Shown here: positions 35,699 to 44,707 of the stretch, piece after piece
Position numbering within the stretch: the first letter of the stretch is position 1
Layout: each line of letters starts with the position of its first letter
Program-made: the position numbers and the translations under genes
The notes under the pieces: generated by a model
Seen by the model: the letters and a program-made list of their open reading frames with translations, nothing else
Database searches by the model: none
Told to the model about the DNA's origin: nothing
Assembly (NCBI GenBank): GCA_038200435.1
Contig: JBBPXY010000015.1
Span: 6,396-70,395 of the forward strand
Length of the DNA: 64,000 bases
DNA from: Solirubrobacterales bacterium
Lineage (GTDB): Bacteria; Actinomycetota; Thermoleophilia; Solirubrobacterales; Solirubrobacteraceae
Reading direction: 5' to 3'

Positions 35699-37894
35699 AT
35701 GGATCGCTGCCGCCTGCACGAAGAGAGCGGCTTCAGCATGGTCGAGGTGCTCGTCGCCGCCGTCGTGCTGCTCATCGGCATCACCTCGACGTTCGTGCTC
35801 ATCAGCTCCTCCAACGCCGGTATCAACCGCGCGCGAGCCCGGGAGGGCGCCACCAACCTCGCCCGGGAGACGCTCGAGGACACGCGCAACGTGAACTACT
35901 CGAAGATCGGACAGGCCGGATGGGCCGACTCGATCATGACCGGCCTGTCGGGGCGCACGGGAGCGGTCACCTCGCCGAACGCCAACACATCGCAGACGAC
36001 CGTGGTGCGTAGGGGAGTCACCTATGCGGTGAGCACCTCGTGGTGCTCCGTCGACGACTCGAAGGACAACTTCGGAGTGCATGCCGCCTCCACCGCCTGG
36101 TGCTCGGACAGCATCCAGGCCGACACGAAGGACCCGCAGCCGGAGGACCTCAAGCGCGTATCGGTCAACCTCAGCTGGACCGAGCGCGGGCGCACCGGCA
36201 GCGTGCAGCAGGTGGCCACCTTCGGCGCGGGCGGCGCGGCGCTCGGACCGGTGCTCACCAACCTGCAAATCACCACGCCGACGGTGGCCAACCCGACGGC
36301 CCCGGTCATCACGGCCAATCCGTCAAGCGGCAACGCAACCTTCACGGCGACGGCCGCGGGCGCGGATGACGTGAAGTTCAGCATCGACGGCACCGAGCAG
36401 GCCTCGGGGGTCGTGAAGAACTCCGGCGGGACGTGGACGTTCACGTGGCCCGTCAACACGCTCCGGGACGGCACCTACCAGATCAGCGCCGTGGCGGTCG
36501 ACACGCTGGGCGTCCGCGGGCAGTCCCGGACGCTACCGGTCAGGCTGGCCCGCGGCTGGCCCGTCGTGCCAGCGAACGTCACGGGTGGCTACAACTACGT
36601 CTGGGTCGGTGGTGTCAAGACACTGGTGGTCGAGGGACAGTGGGACGCCAGCCCCGACGGAAGCGTCACGGGCTACGAGCTCCTGGATGGCTCGGGCACG
36701 GTCTGCGGCGGCTCGGGCGACGTGTCGCTCGCGTGCGTCGACCTGACCCCGCCCACATCGGGTTCGAGCTGGTACTACCTCCGGACCTGGTACCGCGATG
36801 CGTCCAATGCGCTCGCTTACGTCACCGTCCCCTACTACCTAACGGCGCCCGCGCAACCGTTCCCGGCCACGTACTCGTGGACGACGGGCACGTCGATCTC
36901 CCGCACCAACTGCTACGGCGGCACGGGCGTCGTGCAGGGCGACGCGCCCTCCACCTTCGCCTCCGGCGCCCAGGCCACCTTCGGCAAGGTCAACGGCAAC
37001 ATCGTGGCTGGTTGCCTCCCTCCCTTCACCGGCGCGGTGAGCAGCACCGCGGGCACCGGCACGGGCACGTTCACCGGCTACTTCAAGAACACCGGCTCGA
37101 AGATCTGCTACCTGCAGGTCGGCGCCTATCCCAACAAGTCGCTGGCCACCAGCAACGCGGTCGAGGGCAACGCGGTCGGCGGCTCGCCCACCTACATGGC
37201 GGTGCCGAAGACCACCACGCCGACGCTCCTGACCTACAACTACAACGTCGTCGCCAAGAGCTTCGCCGCGGGCGATCAGCTCACGACGATCGTCAGCGGC
37301 TTCAGCCCGGGCACGCTCAACAGCGGCGACTGCTCGGGCACCACCTTCTACTACAACACGAGCACCTACCAGTCGAGCCTGGTGATCCCGATGACGACGG
37401 GCGGGAGCACCCCGTTGGCCGTGCCCGCCGCGCCCACCGGCCTCGCGCCCGGGAGCGGCGGTACGACTCTCACCTGGACGGCTCCCGCGAGTAGCAACCC
37501 GGCGGTGGACTTCTACCGCATCTACCGGGACGGCACGAACTACACGAACCGCGTCGACACGGCGGACGCCACCTCCACACCGGTCGGGACGGCGACTTCG
37601 GTGGGCGCGACCACCGTCACCGTGCCGAGCACGAGCGGGTTCGCCGCCGGGCAGAGCGTCTCCGTCGACACGGCGGCCAACCAGGACAACGTGACGATCC
37701 AGTCGGTGTCGGGCACCACCATCACCTTCACCACGGGGCTGGCGCATGCCCACGCCACGGGCGTCCCGGTGGGCGTGCGCACGATCAGCTGGACCGACAC
37801 CAACACGGGTGGCTCCACGCACACCTATGCCGTCACGAGCGTATCTGCGCCGCTCGCCGAATCCGCCTTCACCCCGATCGTGGGGCCGCTGTGA
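35699..37894 (+). CDS. giant minor pilin (PilV-like prepilin N-terminus, 731 aa, Ig/FN3-like C-terminal modules)
   Basis: MDRCRLHEESG is cleaved before FSMVEVLVAAVVLLIGITS (class III signal, Glu at +5). The C-terminal segment LTWTAPASSNPAVDFYRIYRDG is FN3-like. Confidence 0.8.
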   Translation: MDRCRLHEESGFSMVEVLVAAVVLLIGITSTFVLISSSNAGINRARAREGATNLARETLEDTRNVNYSKIGQAGWADSIMTGLSGRTGAVTSPNANTSQTTVVRRGVTYAVSTSWCSVDDSKDNFGVHAASTAWCSDSIQADTKDPQPEDLKRVSVNLSWTERGRTGSVQQVATFGAGGAALGPVLTNLQITTPTVANPTAPVITANPSSGNATFTATAAGADDVKFSIDGTEQASGVVKNSGGTWTFTWPVNTLRDGTYQISAVAVDTLGVRGQSRTLPVRLARGWPVVPANVTGGYNYVWVGGVKTLVVEGQWDASPDGSVTGYELLDGSGTVCGGSGDVSLACVDLTPPTSGSSWYYLRTWYRDASNALAYVTVPYYLTAPAQPFPATYSWTTGTSISRTNCYGGTGVVQGDAPSTFASGAQATFGKVNGNIVAGCLPPFTGAVSSTAGTGTGTFTGYFKNTGSKICYLQVGAYPNKSLATSNAVEGNAVGGSPTYMAVPKTTTPTLLTYNYNVVAKSFAAGDQLTTIVSGFSPGTLNSGDCSGTTFYYNTSTYQSSLVIPMTTGGSTPLAVPAAPTGLAPGSGGTTLTWTAPASSNPAVDFYRIYRDGTNYTNRVDTADATSTPVGTATSVGATTVTVPSTSGFAAGQSVSVDTAANQDNVTIQSVSGTTITFTTGLAHAHATGVPVGVRTISWTDTNTGGSTHTYAVTSVSAPLAESAFTPIVGPL

Positions 37895-38784
37895 TCCGGC
37901 GCCTGCAAGCGGAGGACGGGCTCATGCTCACCGAGATGCTCGTCGGCATGGTCATGGCGATCATCATCTTCGGCGCGACGCTCGGGGCGCTCGACATGTT
38001 CTTTCGCCAGAGCGCGCGCACCGACAAGCAGAGCCAGGCTCAGGACTCGGCCCGCTCCGCCGTCGACCGCATGGCGCGCCTGATTCGCGACGGTGTCGGG
38101 ACCACGGGCGGACCGGTGGAGCAGAGCGGCGCCTACGACATCGTCTTCCTCGCTCCCAGCGCGAACGTCTCTCTGGTCAACAACCCACAGGGGCTCGTGC
38201 ACACCCGCTACTGCATCGATGCGAGCACCCTGAGCAACGAGAAGCTGTGGGTGCAGACGGTGCCCTACAGCTCGACGACTCAGCCGGCGCCCCCGGGGAC
38301 CGGTGGCTGTCCCGACCCATCGGCAGCGTGGACCGCGAAGCGGCTCATCGCCCGCAACCTCGTCAACCGCCAGCGCTCGCCCGCGGCTCCGCTCTTCAAC
38401 CCCTCGACCGACGCCTCGGGGGCAGTGACCGACGTCGCCTTTGACGCCTGGGTCGACGCCGACCCGACCGGCGGCGCGCCGGCCAGCGAGCTCCAGAGCA
38501 GCGTCACCCTGCGCAACCTCAACCACGCCCCAACCGCCACGATCACGTGCCAACCGACGGGTAACGGGCACGTCATCTGCGATGCCTCGGGGTCAACCGA
38601 CGCCGACAGCCAGACGCTGTCCTACGCCTGGCAGATGGACGGCGCCACATTGGCCGGCCAGACCGGCTACAGCCTGGACAAGCCGGGCCTCGTCTCAGGC
38701 GGTACCCATACGTTCACGGTCACGGTGACCGACCCCGGCGGAGCGAGCTCCAGCGCGACGAGCCCGGCGGTGACGCTCCCATGA
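37891..38784 (+). CDS. minor pilin (PilW-like) with C-terminal PKD domain
   Basis: MIRRLQAEDG is cleaved before LMLTEMLVGMVMAIIIFG (Glu at +5). The C-terminus DASGSTDADSQTLSYAWQMDG...HTFTVTVTDPGG is PKD-like. It has an ATGA/GTGA-type overlap with the upstream gene. Confidence 0.75.
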   Translation: MIRRLQAEDGLMLTEMLVGMVMAIIIFGATLGALDMFFRQSARTDKQSQAQDSARSAVDRMARLIRDGVGTTGGPVEQSGAYDIVFLAPSANVSLVNNPQGLVHTRYCIDASTLSNEKLWVQTVPYSSTTQPAPPGTGGCPDPSAAWTAKRLIARNLVNRQRSPAAPLFNPSTDASGAVTDVAFDAWVDADPTGGAPASELQSSVTLRNLNHAPTATITCQPTGNGHVICDASGSTDADSQTLSYAWQMDGATLAGQTGYSLDKPGLVSGGTHTFTVTVTDPGGASSSATSPAVTLP

Positions 38785-40049
38785 GGTCGCGGCTCGCCCA
38801 CGAGGACTCGGGATCGGTCCTTGTCGCCGCGGTGCTCGTCTTGATGATCACGCTCGGCCTCGGCGTGGCGCTCGCCGCAACGGTCAACACCCAGGTCCAC
38901 GCCGCCAAGTACGAGCGCAACCGCGAGTCGAGCTTCACCCTCACCGAGGCGTCCCTGAACGCCCAGGCCCTGCAGCTCGGCCGCCAGTGGCCGACGCGGG
39001 CGACGCCGGCTCCGAGCTCGTGCGACCCAAGCGTGAACAACGCGGCGTGTCCGCTCAGCACCGCGATCACGAACGGCTACACCGCGAACGACTACAACTC
39101 GAGCTGCCCGCGCGCGCCGAGCACCCCGATCTGGAAGACGCAGGTCCGCGACAACGTGAACGGCGAGAAGTACTGGTCCACGGCGGTCAACTCCCGCGGC
39201 AGCTACGACGGCGCCAACGACGGAACGCCCACGGGCGACGGGGCGGTCTGGGTCCGTGCCACCGCCACGGTCCAGTGCCGGGTTCAGTCGATCGTGACGC
39301 TCGTGCGCAACGACCCGCTGCCCGGCATCGACTTCCCGCAGAACGTCATCACCGCGAACTTCTTCCAGACCACCAACCAGGGTCGCAAGGTGCTCGTCGA
39401 CACGCTCGGCTCCTACGCGCAGCCTCCCTCGAGCCGGCCGGGCCCGTCCGGGCAGCCCGCGGCGATCACCCTGCGCTGCACCGGCGTCACCAAGTGCGCG
39501 GACTACAACGCCTCCAAGGGCCAGGTGCAGCCGCCGAAGGTAATCACCGGCAGCCAGACCAGCACCAGCTCGCTGTCGCCCAGCCAGCTCCTCCAGCTCA
39601 AGGCCCAGGCCGTGGCCGCCGGCACCTACTACGCCACGGGCAGCTGTCCGGCGATCACGGCCGCTGGACTGAGCAGCGCGAACGGCGCGCCGGTCTACGT
39701 CGAGGGCCCGTGCAACATCTCGGTCAACAGCAACACCGTCATCAACAGCGCGCCCGCCCCCGGGGCGCTGATCATCGTCAACGGAACGTTCAGCATCAGT
39801 GGAAGCGCGTACTTCTACGGCTTGTTGTACGCGGTGAACGCCCAGGGCTCGACGTCGAGCGTGGTCAACGTGACCGGCAACGGCAGCATCCAGGGCCTCG
39901 TGTCGGTCGACGGAGCGGGCGGAGTGACCGTGGGCGGCAGCGCCACCGGGATCGTCTACGACTCCAAGGCCGGACACCTGCTCAAGGGCAGCGCCGGTGC
40001 TACGCCCGCCAAGGGCACGTGGCGCCAGCTGCCGGCGAACACCCCGTAG
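38781..40049 (+). CDS. PilX-like minor pilin / pilus assembly protein
   Basis: The N-terminus MRSRLAHEDSGSVLVAAVLVLMITLGLGVALAATV...ERNRESSFTLTEASLN is typical of the PilX N-terminal domain. Length 422 aa. Confidence 0.65.
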   Translation: MRSRLAHEDSGSVLVAAVLVLMITLGLGVALAATVNTQVHAAKYERNRESSFTLTEASLNAQALQLGRQWPTRATPAPSSCDPSVNNAACPLSTAITNGYTANDYNSSCPRAPSTPIWKTQVRDNVNGEKYWSTAVNSRGSYDGANDGTPTGDGAVWVRATATVQCRVQSIVTLVRNDPLPGIDFPQNVITANFFQTTNQGRKVLVDTLGSYAQPPSSRPGPSGQPAAITLRCTGVTKCADYNASKGQVQPPKVITGSQTSTSSLSPSQLLQLKAQAVAAGTYYATGSCPAITAAGLSSANGAPVYVEGPCNISVNSNTVINSAPAPGALIIVNGTFSISGSAYFYGLLYAVNAQGSTSSVVNVTGNGSIQGLVSVDGAGGVTVGGSATGIVYDSKAGHLLKGSAGATPAKGTWRQLPANTP

Positions 40050-40082
40050 CGTCCTGCGCGCGCCGTAGGTTCCTTTCAAGGC

Positions 40083-40832
40083 ATGTTTGTCGCGCTCACC
40101 GCCCTGCTCGGGCTGATCATCGGCTCCTTTCTCAACGTGGTGGTCTACCGGCTGCCGCGCGGTGAGTCGCTCTCGCACCCCGCGTCGCGCTGCCCTGGGT
40201 GCGGCACGCCGGTCAAGCCCTTCGACAACGTACCGGTGATCTCGTGGCTCGTGCTGCGCGGCCGCTGCCGCACGTGCCGCACGCCGATCTCCGCGCGCTA
40301 CCCGCTTGTCGAGGCCGGCACGGCGGTCCTCGCGGTCGCGGTGGTGCTCCTCAGGGGCGCCGATCGCGACGCGTGGCTCGGCCTTGCGTTGGTGCTCGTG
40401 CTCGTGCCCGTGGCGCTCATCGATCTCGACCACCGCATCATCCCCAACAAGATCACGCTGCCCGCGGCGATCGCGGCGATCGCGATTGGCGCGCTCACGC
40501 GGCCGGAGCACCTGATCGAGCAGCTCATCGCCGGTGCGGCGGCCGGCGGGTTCCTGCTGCTCGCGGCGCTCGCCTACCCGCGGGGGATGGGGATGGGCGA
40601 CGTTAAGCTCGCGGGCGTGATGGGGCTGTTCCTGGGGCGTGACGTGGCGCCCGCAATGCTCGTCGCGCTGTTGTCGGGCACGATCGTCGGCGCGGTGATC
40701 ATCGCCCGCAAAGGCACCAAGGAGGGCCGGAAGACCGCGGTTCCGTTCGGCCCGTTCCTGGCTCTCGGCGGCTTGGTGGGCCTGCTCGCAGGCGCGCCGA
40801 TCGTCACCTGGTACCTGGACACGTTCGTTTAA
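40083..40832 (+). CDS. pilD: prepilin peptidase (A24 family)
   Basis: Motifs IGSFLNVVVYRLP, CPGCG...CRTCR, DLDHRIIPN, GMGDVKL. About 7 TM helices. Confidence 0.92.
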   Translation: MFVALTALLGLIIGSFLNVVVYRLPRGESLSHPASRCPGCGTPVKPFDNVPVISWLVLRGRCRTCRTPISARYPLVEAGTAVLAVAVVLLRGADRDAWLGLALVLVLVPVALIDLDHRIIPNKITLPAAIAAIAIGALTRPEHLIEQLIAGAAAGGFLLLAALAYPRGMGMGDVKLAGVMGLFLGRDVAPAMLVALLSGTIVGAVIIARKGTKEGRKTAVPFGPFLALGGLVGLLAGAPIVTWYLDTFV

Positions 40833-41090
40833 GAGGCTGTCTCAGAACCCGTTCGCGGCCGCGGGTAACCGTTCCGCGGCGCCGGATCACCACGTCTGAT
40901 CCTCGCCGATGCGCTGCATCGTCTGCGGTCAGCCGTGACGCCCGGCATCCACCGCCCGGTCGTCCCGCGCCTCACGACCGGTTTCAAGACACCCCCTTGG
41001 AGCAAGCCACGCCCGAAAAGGGCTCAACCTTCAGGCGCACCGCGCCGATAGAGCGGGGGCAGGGTCGATCGACGACCCCCACTTGCCACC

Positions 41091-42152
41091 GTGATGAAAC
41101 TCTCCAGCAAAAAGTCCCGAGCCCTTGTCGGACTCGACATCGAACCCGGCTACATCGCCGCCGTCGAGGCGCGCGTCGGCGGCGATGTCGCAGTCGACCA
41201 CGCGGCGGCCGCTGCGCTGGCGCCGGGCGTGGTGCGTGACGGCGAGGTCGCTGACGTCGAGGGCCTGGCCGACGCGCTGCGCGACCTGTTCGCCGAGCAC
41301 AAGCTTCCCAAGCGTGTCCGCCTCGGTGTCGCCAACCAGCGCATCGTCGTGCGCACGATCGATCTTCCCCCGCTCGGCGACGAAAAGGAGCTCGCCGCCG
41401 CGATCAAGTTCCAGGCTCAGGATCACATTCCGATGCCGCTCGACCAAGCGGTGCTCGAGTACCACTCACTCGGCGTCGTGGAGACCCCCGACGGCCCGCG
41501 CGCCCGCGTCGTGATCGTCGCGGCCCGCCGCGACATGCTCGAGCGTTTCCTCGGCGCCGCCCGTCAGGCCGGACTGCGCCCCGAGGGCATCGACCTCTCC
41601 GCCTTCGCCATGATCCGCGCCCTCGGGCGGGGCAACGCCGACGGCTCCGCCACGCTGTACGCGAGCGTCGGCGGCGTCACCAACATGGCGGTCGCAGAGG
41701 GCTCGCGCTGCCTGTTCACCCGCGTCGTGACCGGCGGCTTCGAAACTCTCGTCACCGAGCTCGCCGAGCGCCGCGGCCTCACGTTCCAGCACTCACAGCA
41801 GTGGCTGGGACATGTCGGTCTCGTCGAGCCCGTCGAGGCCATCGACGGCGAGCCCGGGATCGTCTCCGAGGCGCGCGCCGTGCTCAGCGACGGCGTGCGG
41901 CGCATCGCTGACGATCTGCGCAATTCGCTCGACTTCTACCGCTCTCAGGAGGGCGCGATGTCGGTCGAAGCCGCCGTGCTCATCGGGCCGGCCTGCGCGA
42001 TCGACGGATTCACGGAGCAGCTCTCTTCCGAGCTCGGCATCCCGGTCGAGACGGGCATGCCCGTCGAAGGCCGTGCCGGCGCGCTCGTGGGCCTGGATCC
42101 GAGTCGCCTGGCGGTGGCCGCGGGACTCGCCGTCGAGGAGCGACTGGCGTGA
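41091..42152 (+). CDS. pilM: type IV pilus assembly protein PilM (actin-like ATPase fold)
   Basis: The sequence LVGLDIEPGYIAAVE ... 353 aa is followed by pilN with a 4-nt overlap. Confidence 0.88.
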   Translation: MMKLSSKKSRALVGLDIEPGYIAAVEARVGGDVAVDHAAAAALAPGVVRDGEVADVEGLADALRDLFAEHKLPKRVRLGVANQRIVVRTIDLPPLGDEKELAAAIKFQAQDHIPMPLDQAVLEYHSLGVVETPDGPRARVVIVAARRDMLERFLGAARQAGLRPEGIDLSAFAMIRALGRGNADGSATLYASVGGVTNMAVAEGSRCLFTRVVTGGFETLVTELAERRGLTFQHSQQWLGHVGLVEPVEAIDGEPGIVSEARAVLSDGVRRIADDLRNSLDFYRSQEGAMSVEAAVLIGPACAIDGFTEQLSSELGIPVETGMPVEGRAGALVGLDPSRLAVAAGLAVEERLA

Positions 42153-42997
42153 AGGCCGTAAACCTCATCCCGGTCGAGGAACGCCGCGGCGGAGCCAGCG
42201 CCGCGCGCACGCCCACGTACGGCGTCCTCGGCGTGCTCGGTCTGCTCCTCGTCGCGGTCACGGCGTCGGTCGTCCTCTCCAACCAGATCGGCGAGCGCAA
42301 GGCCGACCTCGCCCGCGAGCAGGGCAGGGCGGCAGCAGCCCAGACGCGCGTCGAGAGCCTGAAGCCCTACGTCGCTTTCTCCGAGCTTTCGCAGAAGCGC
42401 GTCCAGACCGTCACCCAGCTCGCCCAGACCCGCTTCGACTGGGAGGGCACGATGCACGATCTCGCCCGTGTCGTCGGCGGCAACGTCTGGATCACCAACT
42501 TCACGGGCACTGTCGCTCCCGGCGTCGATATCGGAAGCGCCGGCAGCGGCGGCGACACGGCCGCCGTGCGCTCGTCTCTATCCGACCCCGCGGTCGAGCT
42601 CAGCGGCTGCGCGACCTCCAACGGCGAGGTCGCCCGGTTCGTCTCGCGCCTGCGCGCCATGAACAGCGTCACGCGGGTGACCATCGTCGGCGCGACGAAG
42701 AGCGACACGGCGACTCCGCAGAGCGCCCCGGCGCCGGGTGGCTCGCCCGCGGCCGGCGGCGGTTCCAGCAGTTCCGGTGGTGACTGCACCGAGGGGAGCG
42801 ACCGCTACCCCGTCTTCGGCCTCGTGATCTTCTTCAAGCCGCTCCCCGGTGGCGCGGCCGTGCCCGCCGCGGCCGGAGCCGCTCCGGCGACCACCCCCGC
42901 CCCGGCCACGTCGGCCAAGCCCGGCTCATCGGCGACGAGCACCACGCCGGGGCCCGCCGGTACCTCTTCCCCCGCTTCAGTCGGAGGCTCCAAGTGA
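42149..42997 (+). CDS. pilN: PilN (fimbrial assembly) with Ala/Pro/Ser-rich C-terminal extension
   Basis: MKAVNLIPVEERRG is followed by a single TM helix (VLGVLGLLLVAVTASVVL) and a coiled-coil segment. Confidence 0.8.
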   Translation: MKAVNLIPVEERRGGASAARTPTYGVLGVLGLLLVAVTASVVLSNQIGERKADLAREQGRAAAAQTRVESLKPYVAFSELSQKRVQTVTQLAQTRFDWEGTMHDLARVVGGNVWITNFTGTVAPGVDIGSAGSGGDTAAVRSSLSDPAVELSGCATSNGEVARFVSRLRAMNSVTRVTIVGATKSDTATPQSAPAPGGSPAAGGGSSSSGGDCTEGSDRYPVFGLVIFFKPLPGGAAVPAAAGAAPATTPAPATSAKPGSSATSTTPGPAGTSSPASVGGSK

Positions 42998-43776
42998 CCA
43001 CGCGTGATCGCATCGTCATTCTCGTCTTGGTCGCTGCGGCCGCCGTGGCCGGGTTCTGGTTCCTCGTGTTCGAGCCCAAGCGCGCCGAGGCGAGCAAGCT
43101 CAGCACCGAGCTGAGCGCCGTGCGCCAGAAGGAGGCCACCGCGCAGCAGGACATCGCCACCGGACTCGCGGCCCGCCGCGCCTACGGTCACAACTACGCC
43201 GTCATCGCGCGTCTCGGCGAGGCCGTGCCCGCCGACGACAACGGGCCGTCGCTCGTCTTCCAGCTCGACTCAGCGGCCAAACGCTCGGGCGTCGACTTCC
43301 GCTCGCTCAAGCTGAGCGCCGGGGCGGGATCGCCCACGGCTGCCGCCGCGGCCGGGAGCAAGCCGGGCGCGGCAGCCGCGCCGACCCAGGCTGCCTCCGC
43401 GACTTTGCCCCCGGGGGCGTCGGTCGGGCCGGCGGGCTTCCCGACGATGCCCTTCCAGCTCGGTTTCGACGGCTCCTTCTTCCACATGTCCGACTTCTTC
43501 CGCCGGCTCGACGCCTTCGTCGACGCCAACTCCAGGCGCGTGTCCGTGAGCGGCCGCCTGCTCACGATCAACGGGCTGTCGCTGACCGCGAGCCGTCATG
43601 GCTTCCCGGCCGTGAAGGCGACGGTGGCGGCCAACGCCTACCTCGTGCCGGCCGATCAGGGCAGCACGGGCGGCGCGACGCCGACCGCGCCGAGCGCGGC
43701 CGGGTCCAAGCCCACGACTTCTTCTTCGACGGGGACCACTCCCGCTCCGGCCACCGCGACCCCGCCCACACGATGA
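42994..43776 (+). CDS. pilO: PilO-like pilus assembly protein
   Basis: An N-terminal TM helix (IVILVLVAAAAVAGFWFLVF), a coiled coil and a C-terminal domain. Its position after pilN fits PilO. Confidence 0.7.
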   Translation: MTTRDRIVILVLVAAAAVAGFWFLVFEPKRAEASKLSTELSAVRQKEATAQQDIATGLAARRAYGHNYAVIARLGEAVPADDNGPSLVFQLDSAAKRSGVDFRSLKLSAGAGSPTAAAAAGSKPGAAAAPTQAASATLPPGASVGPAGFPTMPFQLGFDGSFFHMSDFFRRLDAFVDANSRRVSVSGRLLTINGLSLTASRHGFPAVKATVAANAYLVPADQGSTGGATPTAPSAAGSKPTTSSSTGTTPAPATATPPTR

Positions 43777-44675
43777 AGTTCTTCCGCAACGTCTATGAGG
43801 ATCTGGTCGAGCGCAAGCTGCTTCCGCTCGCCGTACTGCTCATCCTCGCCCTGGTGGCGGTTCCGCTGACGCTCTCGAAGTCGATGCCGATTCCGCCGGC
43901 CGTCGCGGCGTCGAGCGCGGCGCCGGCGCTTGATGTCCCGTCGGCTGTCCCGGCCGTGAGCCTCTCCTCGCCCGACAGCTCGAGCCGCCTCGACCACCTG
44001 GGCGCCCTGAACCCGTTCGAGCAGCGCCACAAGCAGCGCGTGCAGCCGCTCAAGCCAGCGAGCGCGCCGACCACGACCGCCGCCGCCCAGCCCGCCCAGC
44101 CGAGCTCACCCGCGGCGTCGTCCTCGGGTGCCTCGATCGGAGCGGCGGCGTCATCTCCCTCGGCGTCCTCTCCCTCGTCGTCCGGTCCCGTCTCCTCGCC
44201 GTCGCCCAGCGCCGGCCCGTCCCCGCACAGCTCGCGCCCGCCTGCCCGTCATACGGTCAGCTCGCTGCAGGTGCGCTTCGGTCCGCTCGGGCATACGGGA
44301 GGCCGCCATGGGATCGATCGCCTCGCGCCGCTTCCCGACAGCGAAAGCGCGGCCATCATCTACCTGGGGATGCTGCGCGATCACAAGACCGCTTCCTTCC
44401 TCGTTTCCTCCGATGCGCACGCTGAAGGTGACGGGCGCTGCCTGCCCAGTCCCAGCAACTGCCAGAAGGTCTACCTGCGCGCCGGTCAGACCGAGTTCTT
44501 CGATCAGACGAACTCGCACGGTGGGGTCACTCAGTATCAGCTCGATGTCATCGGCGTGGCGAAGCGGGCCGTGGCCTCGGCGCGGACTGCCCGCCGGATG
44601 AGCGCCCGCGTCTCGCGGCGCGGCCAGCGGCTCGAGCGTCACTCCGCCGCCTTCCGCGCGCCCGCTCCCCGCTAG
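43773..44675 (+). CDS. membrane-anchored PilP-like protein (last gene of the pilus locus)
   Basis: A TM helix (LLPLAVLLILALVAVPL), an NPF motif (GALNPFEQ), a long Ser/Pro/Ala linker and a C-terminal beta-rich segment IIYLGMLRDHKTASFLVSSD...YQLDVIGV. Confidence 0.5.
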   Translation: MKFFRNVYEDLVERKLLPLAVLLILALVAVPLTLSKSMPIPPAVAASSAAPALDVPSAVPAVSLSSPDSSSRLDHLGALNPFEQRHKQRVQPLKPASAPTTTAAAQPAQPSSPAASSSGASIGAAASSPSASSPSSSGPVSSPSPSAGPSPHSSRPPARHTVSSLQVRFGPLGHTGGRHGIDRLAPLPDSESAAIIYLGMLRDHKTASFLVSSDAHAEGDGRCLPSPSNCQKVYLRAGQTEFFDQTNSHGGVTQYQLDVIGVAKRAVASARTARRMSARVSRRGQRLERHSAAFRAPAPR

Positions 44676-44707
44676 AGGGCCGGCGTCCGCCTAACCTGTG
44701 GCGCCGC

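Noticed and set aside
44676-44707. A search for a PilQ secretin or a TadZ/CpaE-type component after the PilP-like gene.
   Set aside because: The next ORF is aroC after a 32-nt spacer, and no secretin-like beta-rich large ORF exists on either strand of the locus.
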